From a virus (taxonomy: Duplodnaviria > Heunggongvirae > Uroviricota > Caudoviricetes), in the IMG/VR virus record IMGVR_UViG_3300006131_000005: a DNA stretch of 64,000 bases; one strand, 5' to 3'. A program made the position numbers and the translations under genes. Below the pieces are notes generated by a model. The model was given only the letters and a program-made list of their open reading frames with translations, ran no database searches and was not told where the DNA came from. This document shows positions 17,880-25,828 of the stretch, piece after piece. How positions within the stretch are numbered: the stretch's first letter is position 1; each line of letters starts with the position of its first letter.

Positions 17880-18125
17880 ATGTACGACAACAAGAATTTG
17901 AGCAAGGAGTTCAAGGCGACGGTGGAGGAGACTAAGGGGTTGCTTATGGCGACGGCTATGGAGTCGTCCGTATCCACTATGGATGCTGACGACATCGTGA
18001 CCAACGTCAAAGCGCTCCGTCTGCTCAACCGGCTGCTGGATCTCTCCTGCGCCATGTTCGAGAAGCAGGACAAGCTGATGGACAAGATGGACAAGGCGAT
18101 GGACAAGTATCTGAAGGAGAACTAA
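17880..18125 (+). CDS. Hypothetical protein
   Basis: ATG after GGAGGTTACAGTT. Confidence 0.4.
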   Translation: MYDNKNLSKEFKATVEETKGLLMATAMESSVSTMDADDIVTNVKALRLLNRLLDLSCAMFEKQDKLMDKMDKAMDKYLKEN

Positions 18126-18192
18126 ACCCGAAGGGGCTGCGGAAACGCGGCCTCTTCCCCTTTCACGCATTTATATTTGAAAGGAGACGACC

Positions 18193-18711
18193 ATGGAACA
18201 GAAGATTTCATTGGACATGCCCATCGAGGAACTTGACTTTTCCACCCGATCCTACAACTGCCTGACCCGAAGCGGCATCCTTACGCTCGGCGCTCTCGTT
18301 GACACAAGCCGCCGGGAATTGGGCTGTATCAGGAACATGGGCGCAAAAAGTATGGAGGAAATCGAGGAAAAGGTACGCCTGTGCGGTTATGCACTCAAGG
18401 ACGCCCCGAGATGCGACCATCTTAAAAAGATGCAATTTCTGAAGAAGGCTCACGACCACTTCTTCGAGCTGACACGAAGTTTCAACTCCACACACTTTTC
18501 TCCGTACAGCCAGGATTGGGTGTATCCGTCCGTACTGTCGAGCAGTACCGGGTGGGAATACGTCAGAAAAGTGGTGCTCATGGCGTATGGCGTTTCTGAT
18601 ATTTGTTCTCTCCCGGACGACAAAGAAGAGGAAGTCAATGCCTTTGCGATTGAATTGACCGATATGCTCTTCGGCCGGCTCAGCAAGCAGACAACAGGCT
18701 ACGTCCGATAA
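18193..18711 (+). CDS. Protein with RNA polymerase alpha-subunit C-terminal-domain (alphaCTD)-like helix-hairpin-helix
   Basis: IEELDFSTRSYNCLTRSGILTLGALVDTSRRELGCIRNMGAKSMEEIEEKV aligns with RpoA CTD ([43 protein letters not shown]). Confidence 0.5.
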   Translation: MEQKISLDMPIEELDFSTRSYNCLTRSGILTLGALVDTSRRELGCIRNMGAKSMEEIEEKVRLCGYALKDAPRCDHLKKMQFLKKAHDHFFELTRSFNSTHFSPYSQDWVYPSVLSSSTGWEYVRKVVLMAYGVSDICSLPDDKEEEVNAFAIELTDMLFGRLSKQTTGYVR

Positions 18712-18717
18712 CTATTT

Positions 18718-18746
18718 CGCGTGCGTAACAAGCCCTTTTATGGAGG
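18718..18746 (+). promoter_or_regulatory. Conserved intergenic motif copy (CGCGTGCGTAACAAGCCCTTTTATGGAGG)
   Basis: Family motif. Confidence 0.4.
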
Positions 18747-18754
18747 TGACAGCT

Positions 18755-19033
18755 ATGGACGAAACCAAAGCTAAAAGCGCAGTCGAGGAACTGAGAGCCG
18801 TCGTCATGTGTCTGTATCGGTCAGCCGGTAATCTCGACAATATCTTACAGAGCATTGAGCTCGAATTGGATGGAACCAAATCGGACTCGCTCTACACTAA
18901 GGCATTTTGTCGGAGCAAGCGGATGTACCGGGAGGACGTGATGAAGGCGGCGGGATTCAGCGGCCTGGACAATCTGGAAGCTGAGGCGTGGAACAAACTG
19001 CTGGAGGCATTCTCCAAGGAGACGGAGTCCTGA
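18755..19033 (+). CDS. Hypothetical protein
   Basis: Internal ATG of ORF 18740..19033 after GGAGGTGACAGCT. Confidence 0.4.
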   Translation: MDETKAKSAVEELRAVVMCLYRSAGNLDNILQSIELELDGTKSDSLYTKAFCRSKRMYREDVMKAAGFSGLDNLEAEAWNKLLEAFSKETES

Positions 19034-19058
19034 CAAGGGCTCCTCTCTTTTATATTTT
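19024..19058 (+). terminator. Rho-independent terminator (GGAGTCCTGACAAGGGCTCC + T-run)
   Basis: Conserved hairpin family. Confidence 0.55.
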
Positions 19059-19153
19059 CCATACGCAGGTGACGGAAAAGTGTGGTAAATTGTTATCCTG
19101 AAAAATTCCCGGGTAGAAAAATCCGAAAAACAGTTTGAAAGGAGGTGTGCGCT

Positions 19154-19375
19154 ATGTGGATCGTACTCGCTTTGATCGGAGGTATTCTGGTTGGCGTCGC
19201 GGCTTCGGCCGTATATTTTCGTGCCAGGACTATCGGCTTGCTCAGGGTTGACCGCTCCGATCCGTCCGAACCCCCGTATCTCTTTCTGGAAGTGGAAAAG
19301 AATCCGGACGCCCTGCAACATGGGCGGCTGGTGGTTCTGCGAATCCGGAAAGAGAACCTGATCTCGCACGAATAA
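19154..19375 (+). CDS. Small membrane protein
   Basis: ATG after GAAAGGAGGTG; N-terminal TM WIVLALIGGILVGVAASAVYF. Confidence 0.4.
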   Translation: MWIVLALIGGILVGVAASAVYFRARTIGLLRVDRSDPSEPPYLFLEVEKNPDALQHGRLVVLRIRKENLISHE

Positions 19376-19423
19376 CACCCGCTTTTATGGAGCCATCTAC
19401 AAAACGAAGGAGGTTTATACGAG

Positions 19424-19885
19424 ATGGAAGAGATCAACAAATTGATGGATGAGGAGATCGTCAGCCAGATCAAAGGGCTGAAGACCCTCCAGGCCGGGTC
19501 GCAGGAGCAGACTGCGGCAGTCAAGAACCTGACAGCATTGTATGAGGCCAGGATCAACCAGGAGAAGGTCCAGTTGGACGCCGACGACAAGCGGGAGAAG
19601 CGTGAAATGGAGCGCGAGCAGCACCGCGCTGACGAAACTCTGAGAAAGAGTCAAGTGGCCGATGAGGCAGCGGCCAGGGAGCGCGACCTCAAGCTTAAGG
19701 AGGCCCAAGCGGAGGACCAGAAAATCGACCGGTTGGTTCGGGCTGGCATTGAGATGCTGGGGATCGGACTGCCTCTGGTGTGCTACGGGCACTGGTTCAG
19801 GAAGGGCCTCAAGTTCGAGGAGACCGGCAGCATCACATCGTCTATGATGCGGAATCTCATCAACAAGTTCAAGACCAAAAAGTAA
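19424..19885 (+). CDS. Coiled-coil protein with C-terminal TM segment
   Basis: RBS GAAGGAGG; E/K/R-rich heptad region then GIEMLGIGLPLVCYGHWF. Confidence 0.45.
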   Translation: MEEINKLMDEEIVSQIKGLKTLQAGSQEQTAAVKNLTALYEARINQEKVQLDADDKREKREMEREQHRADETLRKSQVADEAAARERDLKLKEAQAEDQKIDRLVRAGIEMLGIGLPLVCYGHWFRKGLKFEETGSITSSMMRNLINKFKTKK

Positions 19886-20012
19886 GAAGACGACTCCGAG
19901 GCGGGAGCCTGCGTAAAACGCGTGGGCTCCTCGCTTTTCCCCTTTTACAAACGGCCCGCATTATGCTATAATTCGTGTTATCGGCTTGATATTTGCGAAG
20001 GAGGAGCATACA

Positions 20013-20351
20013 ATGAGCAGGAATAGAGACGAATACGGCGCTATTTGGGGCCGTGGTCCTCTTCCGGGAGCCGGGGAGGAGCTTGACGGGCTTGGTTTAG
20101 CGCCTACGGACGACTTATACAGCGACGTGTACGATGAAGACGGCGACGAGGTTTTGTGTGCTATTTGCGGTTCCGAGGTGAAATGGAGAGAAGAGGACGG
20201 CGTGTATATGTGCCCGAATTGCGGACAAGTCTTCACCCGGACTGATTTCTTCAATTTTATCGGAGCGGAACCACCCGGAAAAGAGTGCTACACCTGCGAT
20301 TGTCTCTACCCCGGCTGCATGACCTGCCCATACGGGTATGGCGAGTTGTGA
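20013..20351 (+). CDS. Cys-rich zinc-finger protein
   Basis: ATG after GAAGGAGGAGCAT; CAICGS...CPNCG and CYTCDCLYPGCMTCPYGYG clusters. Confidence 0.45.
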   Translation: MSRNRDEYGAIWGRGPLPGAGEELDGLGLAPTDDLYSDVYDEDGDEVLCAICGSEVKWREEDGVYMCPNCGQVFTRTDFFNFIGAEPPGKECYTCDCLYPGCMTCPYGYGEL

Positions 20352-20364
20352 ACAGAAAGGTATC

Positions 20365-20455
20365 GTGTTGGAGGCCTCCAACACGTCATGCGGATATCCG
20401 CATGAAAAAATTTTTCGTCGATGGGCCCATCGACATTCCGTATGTATATACGGAA
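20365..20455. repeat. Cluster of four consecutive palindromes (20-bp GTGTTGGAGGCCTCCAACAC; 18-bp CATGCGGATATCCGCATG; 16-bp TCGATGGGCCCATCGA; 8-bp-arm TTCCGTAT..ATACGGAA)
   Basis: Perfect dyad symmetries in 187-bp intergenic region upstream of lipoprotein gene. Confidence 0.65.
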
Positions 20456-20537
20456 TGATACCCCTCTGAATACATAATTTATAGAAAACGGCGTCCGCGC
20501 CGAAACTCGCTTACTGAAATGTGAAAGGAGAATTTCC

Positions 20538-21737
20538 ATGAAATGTAAGAAATTGTTTGCCTTTACTCTGGTCCTAGCGCTTATATTTGCTCTTGCTGGA
20601 TGCAGTGGCGGAGGAGACCGCTTGGTATGGCCCAACACATCACTTGGCGAACGCCTGCCCGGGCCTCCGGTGAAAACTGGCGAAATCACTGTCGAGACTT
20701 CTGATGTTCTGATGGTGGATGCCTTTGATGCAACCGAGAAGGACTACCAGAGGTTTGTCGAGAGTTGCGAGAAGAAAGGGTTCACAATCGACAGTAAGAA
20801 GGAGGACTACACCTTCTCGGCCTATGATGATGATGGATATTTCATCGAACTTCGATACTGGAAAGACGATCAGAAGATCAACATCACTGTCAAGGCATCC
20901 ATCGAGACTGACTTTGCTGAGTTCAGTTGGCCGAAAAGCGAAATCGCGAGTTCTGTTCCCATCCCGAAATCCAACATTGGAACGGTCTCCTGGGAGAGCG
21001 AAAACGGCTTTGTGATCTATGTCGGAGAAACCAGCAAAGAGGACTATGACGAGTATGTCAACCAGTGCTATAATGCCGGATTCACGATTGATTATAACAA
21101 GGGCGACGACTATTTCAGAGGAGTAAATGAGGATGGTTATCATCTGAACGTCAACTACGAGTGGAACCAGACCATGTTTGTCCGAATGGATACCTCCGAG
21201 GCCCTTGGAAAAGAGCCACCTGAGAAGACAACGCCATCTTCGGAGCAGCCGTCCGTACCCTCTGATACCCCGCCGGCTCAGACCGACCCTGTAGAGACAA
21301 CTCATCCGGTGGAGACAGAGCAGCCCAGCTCAACAGCACCTACGGATGAGCCGAGCGCGGTCACTTACTCTACAAATGACTATGAAACCGCAAAAAACGG
21401 AAATTCCGGCGTGTTCTCCTATGTGAATCGAGGGCCGAGCTATGATATCTACTGGATCATCGACTTTGACGAGGGGTATGTCTACTACTTCACCGAAGGA
21501 AATGGCGAGGAGACCTGCGACCGTCTTGCAATCGAGTCGGGAGACTTGAATGATGTCCTTATCATTACCTACCACGATGGTGGCGATACCTGGTCTTATG
21601 GTCTCCACTTCCACTACAAAAACCAGCCAACCAAGCTGATCATGCAAGACAACGATGGCTTTGAGTATGAATACTCTACTACCAATCTGACCAGCGCTAT
21701 TGCATTAAGAGACAGCAAGACCATCCGTGATTATTGA
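20538..21737 (+). CDS. Lipoprotein with two ~35-aa internal repeats and Pro/Thr/Glu-rich linker
   Basis: Signal peptide + lipobox LAGC; repeats GFTIDSKKEDYTFSAYDDDGYFIELRY / GFTIDYNKGDDYFRGVNEDGYHLNVNY. Confidence 0.6.
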   Translation: MKCKKLFAFTLVLALIFALAGCSGGGDRLVWPNTSLGERLPGPPVKTGEITVETSDVLMVDAFDATEKDYQRFVESCEKKGFTIDSKKEDYTFSAYDDDGYFIELRYWKDDQKINITVKASIETDFAEFSWPKSEIASSVPIPKSNIGTVSWESENGFVIYVGETSKEDYDEYVNQCYNAGFTIDYNKGDDYFRGVNEDGYHLNVNYEWNQTMFVRMDTSEALGKEPPEKTTPSSEQPSVPSDTPPAQTDPVETTHPVETEQPSSTAPTDEPSAVTYSTNDYETAKNGNSGVFSYVNRGPSYDIYWIIDFDEGYVYYFTEGNGEETCDRLAIESGDLNDVLIITYHDGGDTWSYGLHFHYKNQPTKLIMQDNDGFEYEYSTTNLTSAIALRDSKTIRDY

Positions 21738-21798
21738 TTACCGCACCCAAAACATCCTCCTTTATGGAGCCAGTCCAATTTTAACAAGGAGGAACGAG

Positions 21799-21975
21799 CA
21801 TGACACGGGAAGAAATCATCGAGATGATCTCAAACATGTACCTCAAGGCGGTGGGAGCCTATCAGTGCTGTCAGAAGCACGGAAAGGAGGATCGACTGCC
21901 GCTGTTGAGGCGGGATGCGATCGTCTGCGATCATATTCTCACGCAGATCGAGAAGGCCGAGGCTAAAGCTGGATA
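21799..21975 (+). CDS. Small protein (58 aa)
   Basis: ATG after AAGGAGGAACGAGC; below ORF-track size cut-off. Confidence 0.3.
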
Positions 21976-21990
21976 AGTTCCACTACACGG

Positions 21991-22026
21991 AGGAGCCCTA
22001 TTACAGGGCTCCTCTTTTATTTTTTA
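21991..22026 (+). terminator. Rho-independent terminator (GGAGCCCTATTACAGGGCTCC + T-run)
   Basis: Conserved hairpin family. Confidence 0.6.
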
Positions 22027-22188
22027 GGAGGTAGTTTTGTGAAAAGGCTGAAACTTGGTTTTTGGCTTCGTGCGATTGCTTTCGGGGATTTCCTGCATAA
22101 TCTGAGCAACCAGGTGGTACAGAAAGCCCTCGATGCGCTGAATAATATATGCGAGGCTGAGACGAACCAGCGGAAAAAGGATTGACTC

Positions 22189-22548
22189 TTGCGCTACCAT
22201 TACGAAAAGCCCGCCATCTATCTGTCTATGTACGGCAAGCGTTATATTTGCGAGCACCCGGTCTATGGTAGCTGCACACTCTTTGAAATCAACAATAAGG
22301 GCTTGGCCGTGATACAGCAACGGTTCGATTCTGACACGAAGAGCACGTTCTGGACAGAGGTAGATCCGTGGCTGACGGACGCTTTATATTTACACCCCAA
22401 TTTCAAGGAGTTCTTTGATAGTCGGGCCGGCGCTTGTACGGACGGTCTCTATCCTACCGTAACCATCCGGCAGATCATGTGGGCGCTGAAGATGAAGCCT
22501 CTACCAAAGGAGCGGTGGGAAACTGTGTTTGACCGTAAAAATATTTGA
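22189..22548 (+). CDS. Hypothetical protein (start uncertain; upstream 49-codon GTG ORF 22038..22187 in other frame)
   Basis: TTG-initiated ORF; possible frameshifted gene. Confidence 0.3.
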   Translation: MRYHYEKPAIYLSMYGKRYICEHPVYGSCTLFEINNKGLAVIQQRFDSDTKSTFWTEVDPWLTDALYLHPNFKEFFDSRAGACTDGLYPTVTIRQIMWALKMKPLPKERWETVFDRKNI

Positions 22549-22583
22549 AAGTGGTGATATCTACGAAGAAAGTAGCATTTCAG

Positions 22584-22874
22584 ATGTCCGCATTAAACAA
22601 TAAGCAGATGTGGGTTTGCGACATCATGACGCGGCTGGGTCTTATCAAGTATACAGAATATGATGATGGCGAAATCGTGGCGCATCTGCTGGAATCTCCT
22701 ATCACCGGAAAGCCCTTGGACATTTGGTGGTGGGTCGAGAGTTCGTCTGTCGTTCACTGGATATTTTTCTTCATCTGGGGTAGCCCGCTGTGCGTTGACA
22801 AAGAGGCCAAGCAGCGCGCAAGTGAGTTGAAGCGATTGGGCTGGATCGGGCAAAAAGAAGAAACGCCGCAATAA
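22584..22874 (+). CDS. Hypothetical protein
   Basis: Internal ATG of ORF 22545..22874. Confidence 0.35.
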   Translation: MSALNNKQMWVCDIMTRLGLIKYTEYDDGEIVAHLLESPITGKPLDIWWWVESSSVVHWIFFFIWGSPLCVDKEAKQRASELKRLGWIGQKEETPQ

Positions 22875-22905
22875 ATACACGGTCTTTTGTGGAGGTGAAA
22901 AGATC

Positions 22906-23097
22906 ATGTTTCTGTTTAAGAAGAGGAAGAAAGCGAAACCTGTCGATGTCGCAAGGATTCGATTGCAAGTTGAGATGGTTCAGGTATTACTGAATAACGG
23001 TTATAGCTGGGATCAAATTTTCGATGCGATCGGATTCAGTGAGACATGGCTGAAGTTTACGCAAACCCATCTTCCCGAATGGCAAAATCGGATGTAA
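22906..23097 (+). CDS. Hypothetical small basic protein
   Basis: ATG after GGAGGTGAAAAGATC. Confidence 0.35.
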   Translation: MFLFKKRKKAKPVDVARIRLQVEMVQVLLNNGYSWDQIFDAIGFSETWLKFTQTHLPEWQNRM

Positions 23098-23193
23098 AGC
23101 ATCAACCAAGGAGAAAGGCCCGTGTGGGCCCTTTTCCTTTGCGCCATATTTACGTTCTCTTTTATGGAAATCAATCAAAAGGAGGAGCCGATT

Positions 23194-23331
23194 ATGGCAG
23201 TTATTCTGGTGGTTATTGAGATCGCGAATTTGGCGGTATCGCTTTACATCGCACGGATGCTGAAGCGCATCGGCAAGGAGCTGAACCAAATCGAAGACTG
23301 GAAAAGCATTCCGAAGAAGCACTATTTTTGA
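23194..23331 (+). CDS. Small membrane protein (45 aa)
   Basis: ATG after AAAAGGAGGAGCCGATT. Confidence 0.3.
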   Translation: MAVILVVIEIANLAVSLYIARMLKRIGKELNQIEDWKSIPKKHYF

Positions 23332-23368
23332 GTTCCACAGGAAGGAGTCCGCATGGGCTCTTTCTTTT

Positions 23369-23400
23369 CACGCGAGAAATACACCGTCCTTTATGAGAAG
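23369..23400 (+). promoter_or_regulatory. Conserved intergenic motif copy (CACGCGAGAAATACACCGTCCTTTATGAGAAG)
   Basis: Family motif after hairpin 23344..23370. Confidence 0.4.
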
Positions 23401-23429
23401 ACCCAAAAAATTTCAGGAGGTTTTATACT

Positions 23430-23624
23430 ATGAAGAAGCAAAAATGGACCGAGAAGCCCATCACCTGGGGCGGCTATTTTAAGCTGGCCGGAGTGTGCTA
23501 CGTCATCGGTATGATGATTGCGGCGTACTACTGGATCACAGCGTTCGATATCCACCCCATTGAGAGCATCAAGGACGCCATTCACCGGCGCTTCTGGAAG
23601 AAGGAAGAGACCACCGAGGAGTGA
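23430..23624 (+). CDS. Small membrane protein
   Basis: ATG after CAGGAGG; TM GVCYVIGMMIAAYYWITAF. Confidence 0.4.
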   Translation: MKKQKWTEKPITWGGYFKLAGVCYVIGMMIAAYYWITAFDIHPIESIKDAIHRRFWKKEETTEE

Positions 23625-23704
23625 GGTCTGACGAGGGAGAGCCCACACGGGCTTTTCCCTTTTCCGCAAAAAACGCATCTCCTATTGTGAAAGGAGGTGC
23701 GACG

Positions 23705-23869
23705 AATGGTAACATTTCTGATCCTGCTGTTTGCGATTCTCGCAATCGGAGTGATGGCGGTGCTCGCTTTAGGAGCGGGCGGTATCGTCATCTTCGTGAT
23801 TTTCGGGGACGTGATCATTGCGGGAGCGATCATTTACCTCATCATTCGCGCCATCTTAAGAAGGAGATA
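23705..23869 (+). CDS. Small hydrophobic protein (54 aa, 2 TM)
   Basis: ATG after GAAAGGAGGTGCGACGA; below ORF-track cut-off. Confidence 0.3.
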
Positions 23870-23882
23870 AAAGAGAAAGCTG

Positions 23883-23912
23883 GAGCCCTTTAGCAGGGGC
23901 TCTTAGCTTTTC
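23883..23912 (+). terminator. Rho-independent terminator (GAGCCCTTTAGCAGGGGCTC + T-rich)
   Basis: Conserved hairpin family. Confidence 0.5.
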
Positions 23913-23939
23913 CAGACCAATCATGAAAGGAGAAGCGTC

Positions 23940-24125
23940 ATGCCTGAAATCGTGAACAAGATCATCAGCCGTCTGGATATTTCCTCTCTCCGGTTCAAGC
24001 GGTTGGAGGAGGATAAGCGCCAGAAGCCCTCCTTGCTCAAGGAGGTCGTCTCCTCCCCGGAGAAGTTCAAACTGGAGGCCATCATCGAGGGCGACGAGAT
24101 TCAGGTCACCATCAAGAGGCGGTAA
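23940..24125 (+). CDS. Hypothetical small protein
   Basis: ATG after GAAAGGAGAAGCGTC. Confidence 0.35.
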   Translation: MPEIVNKIISRLDISSLRFKRLEEDKRQKPSLLKEVVSSPEKFKLEAIIEGDEIQVTIKRR

Positions 24126-24179
24126 AAACAAGTTCTGTTATGGAGACACCCAAACAAAACTTGAAAGGAGACAGACATT

Positions 24180-24542
24180 ATGAGCAAAATCTTGGAGTTC
24201 TCGGGGTTATCCCAGGAGGAGAAGACAGTCCGTTTCAAGGACAAGGTTCGTGAGAAGCTTCAGAGTGCCCGGAACTGGGTCGAGTGGCACAGGAACGAGA
24301 TCGTGACGTTTACGCCGGTTGTGATCGCTGGTGCGACGACCGTTATCAAAGTCGTTGGCCGGCGGGCCAACCTGCACAAGCAGGAAACGATCAAAAACCT
24401 GTACTGCTATGACCGGTCACTGGGACACTACTGGCAGCTTCGGCGGCCGCTGTCCAACAAGGAATGGCTGGCTATCGACGCCCGGAGAAAGCGCGGAGAG
24501 CGTATGGCGGATATTCTGGCGTCTATGAAGGTTTTGAAGTGA
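24180..24542 (+). CDS. Hypothetical protein
   Basis: ATG after GAAAGGAGACAGACATT. Confidence 0.45.
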   Translation: MSKILEFSGLSQEEKTVRFKDKVREKLQSARNWVEWHRNEIVTFTPVVIAGATTVIKVVGRRANLHKQETIKNLYCYDRSLGHYWQLRRPLSNKEWLAIDARRKRGERMADILASMKVLK

Positions 24543-24647
24543 CTCAGACGAGGGAGGCCCTGTAGCAAGGGCTTTTCCCTTTTATATTTCGGCCTCGCGA
24601 TGAAAACACCGCCTCTAATGAAGAACACATTTAGAGGAGGAGTTTAT

Positions 24648-24839
24648 ATGCCAAGGAAAGATTTCATCAAGGTGCTTCTGCTGACGGCCATTTGTGTGGC
24701 GGCGTTCGTAGGATATTTCTACATCGCCATACAGTACCCGTTGGTAGGAATCTATGGGACGATATTCTTCGCAATGTACCCCAAGGTCAAAAGTGTGTAC
24801 CAAAACAATCAAAAGAAGGGAGATAAGGCCGAGCCCTGA
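24648..24839 (+). CDS. Small membrane protein
   Basis: ATG after AGAGGAGGAGTTTAT; two hydrophobic helices. Confidence 0.35.
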   Translation: MPRKDFIKVLLLTAICVAAFVGYFYIAIQYPLVGIYGTIFFAMYPKVKSVYQNNQKKGDKAEP

Positions 24840-24859
24840 ACAGGGGCTCTTCGCCTTTC

Positions 24860-24889
24860 CACGCGAAAAACACATATCCTTTTATGGAG
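24860..24889 (+). promoter_or_regulatory. Conserved intergenic motif, best consensus copy (CACGCGAAAAACACATATCCTTTTATGGAG), immediately upstream of tRNA-like gene
   Basis: Family motif; here it precedes a non-coding RNA, so the TATGGAG is not a start codon context. Confidence 0.45.
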
Positions 24890-24960
24890 AAACAGTTAGC
24901 TCAATGGTAGAGCGACAGACTAAAATCTGTGTGTTGCGAGTTCGAATCTCGCGCTGCTTC
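24890..24960 (+). tRNA. tRNA-like gene with aberrant 6-nt anticodon loop (CTAAAA); anticodon undetermined
   Basis: Canonical D-arm (GCTC-AATGGTA-GAGC), perfect T-arm GCGAG-TTCGAAT-CTCGC, 7-bp acceptor stem with one A-C mismatch; 71 nt, one short of standard; followed by terminator 24972..25005. Confidence 0.5.
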
Positions 24961-24971
24961 TCCGACGGCAT

Positions 24972-25005
24972 GGAGCCCTTTGGCAGGGGCTCCTATTATT
25001 TTTGC
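24972..25005 (+). terminator. Rho-independent terminator (GGAGCCCTTTGGCAGGGGCTCC + T-run)
   Basis: Conserved hairpin family, directly after tRNA-like gene. Confidence 0.6.
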
Positions 25006-25022
25006 GGAGAAAGGAGAGACGT

Positions 25023-25322
25023 ATGCGTGAGCAGATTCTGCAAGATATCAAAGAGTCTATTATCGCCATCAGCATGGAGCTATTACACGCAGGCAAAGAC
25101 TGGTTCACACAACTCAGCTATGAGAAATGGGCCCTGCTGGAGATACAGGACCTGATTCTCCAAAATCCAGAAGCGTCTCCCTGGGATATTGTGGAGGAGT
25201 TTATCAACCTTATGGATCGGTATTCTCTTGTACCTCATCCCAATAATCACATCTTTTGTGTCGCTCATGACACCGCTTGGTCAGTCCTGGTGGAGCTGAT
25301 GGGCGAAGAACCGCTGCATTGA
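25023..25322 (+). CDS. Hypothetical protein
   Basis: ATG after GAAAGGAGAGACGT. Confidence 0.4.
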   Translation: MREQILQDIKESIIAISMELLHAGKDWFTQLSYEKWALLEIQDLILQNPEASPWDIVEEFINLMDRYSLVPHPNNHIFCVAHDTAWSVLVELMGEEPLH

Positions 25323-25339
25323 AAGGAGAACTGAAATCA

Positions 25340-25792
25340 ATGGAAATCGTAGGAAGCGTGATATTTAAGGACAAGACTTTGCCCATTTACAGCTCGCTTG
25401 ATGTGCCCCTGTTCAGGGCTTCGGACGTGGCTAAGCTGATCGAGTACAGCGACGGCAACGTCTGGAAGATGCTTGAGATGTGCGAGGCCGACGAGAAGCT
25501 GACTTTACCGATGGTAGCGCATGGCCAGAGGCGGACTGTCAGCTTCATCACGGAGACCGGCCTCTATAACATCCTTGCTCAAAGCCGGAAGCCGATTGCC
25601 CGAGCGTGGCGGCGTGTCGTCCATGAGGAACTGATTGCTCTCCGGAAGTCTCGGGGCAAGAACGTGGCCGAGCAGTTCCAGGATTGGGATGATGCCGCCG
25701 AGTCTATCTACTTCGACGAGGAGACTGGAATGATGATGCAGTCGGTTACGGTTGCCGGCGGCGATGTGGAGCAAATCCCTTATAGGCCCTAA
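25340..25792 (+). CDS. Bro-N domain protein (phage antirepressor-like)
   Basis: FKDKTLPIYSS..LFRASDVAKLIEYSDGNVWKMLE...TETGLYNILAQSRKPIARAWRRVVHEELI matches Bro-N/KilA-like N-terminal domain. Confidence 0.5.
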   Translation: MEIVGSVIFKDKTLPIYSSLDVPLFRASDVAKLIEYSDGNVWKMLEMCEADEKLTLPMVAHGQRRTVSFITETGLYNILAQSRKPIARAWRRVVHEELIALRKSRGKNVAEQFQDWDDAAESIYFDEETGMMMQSVTVAGGDVEQIPYRP

Positions 25793-25828
25793 CATTTAAC
25801 AAATGCTTTTTGAAAGGAGGCATCGACT

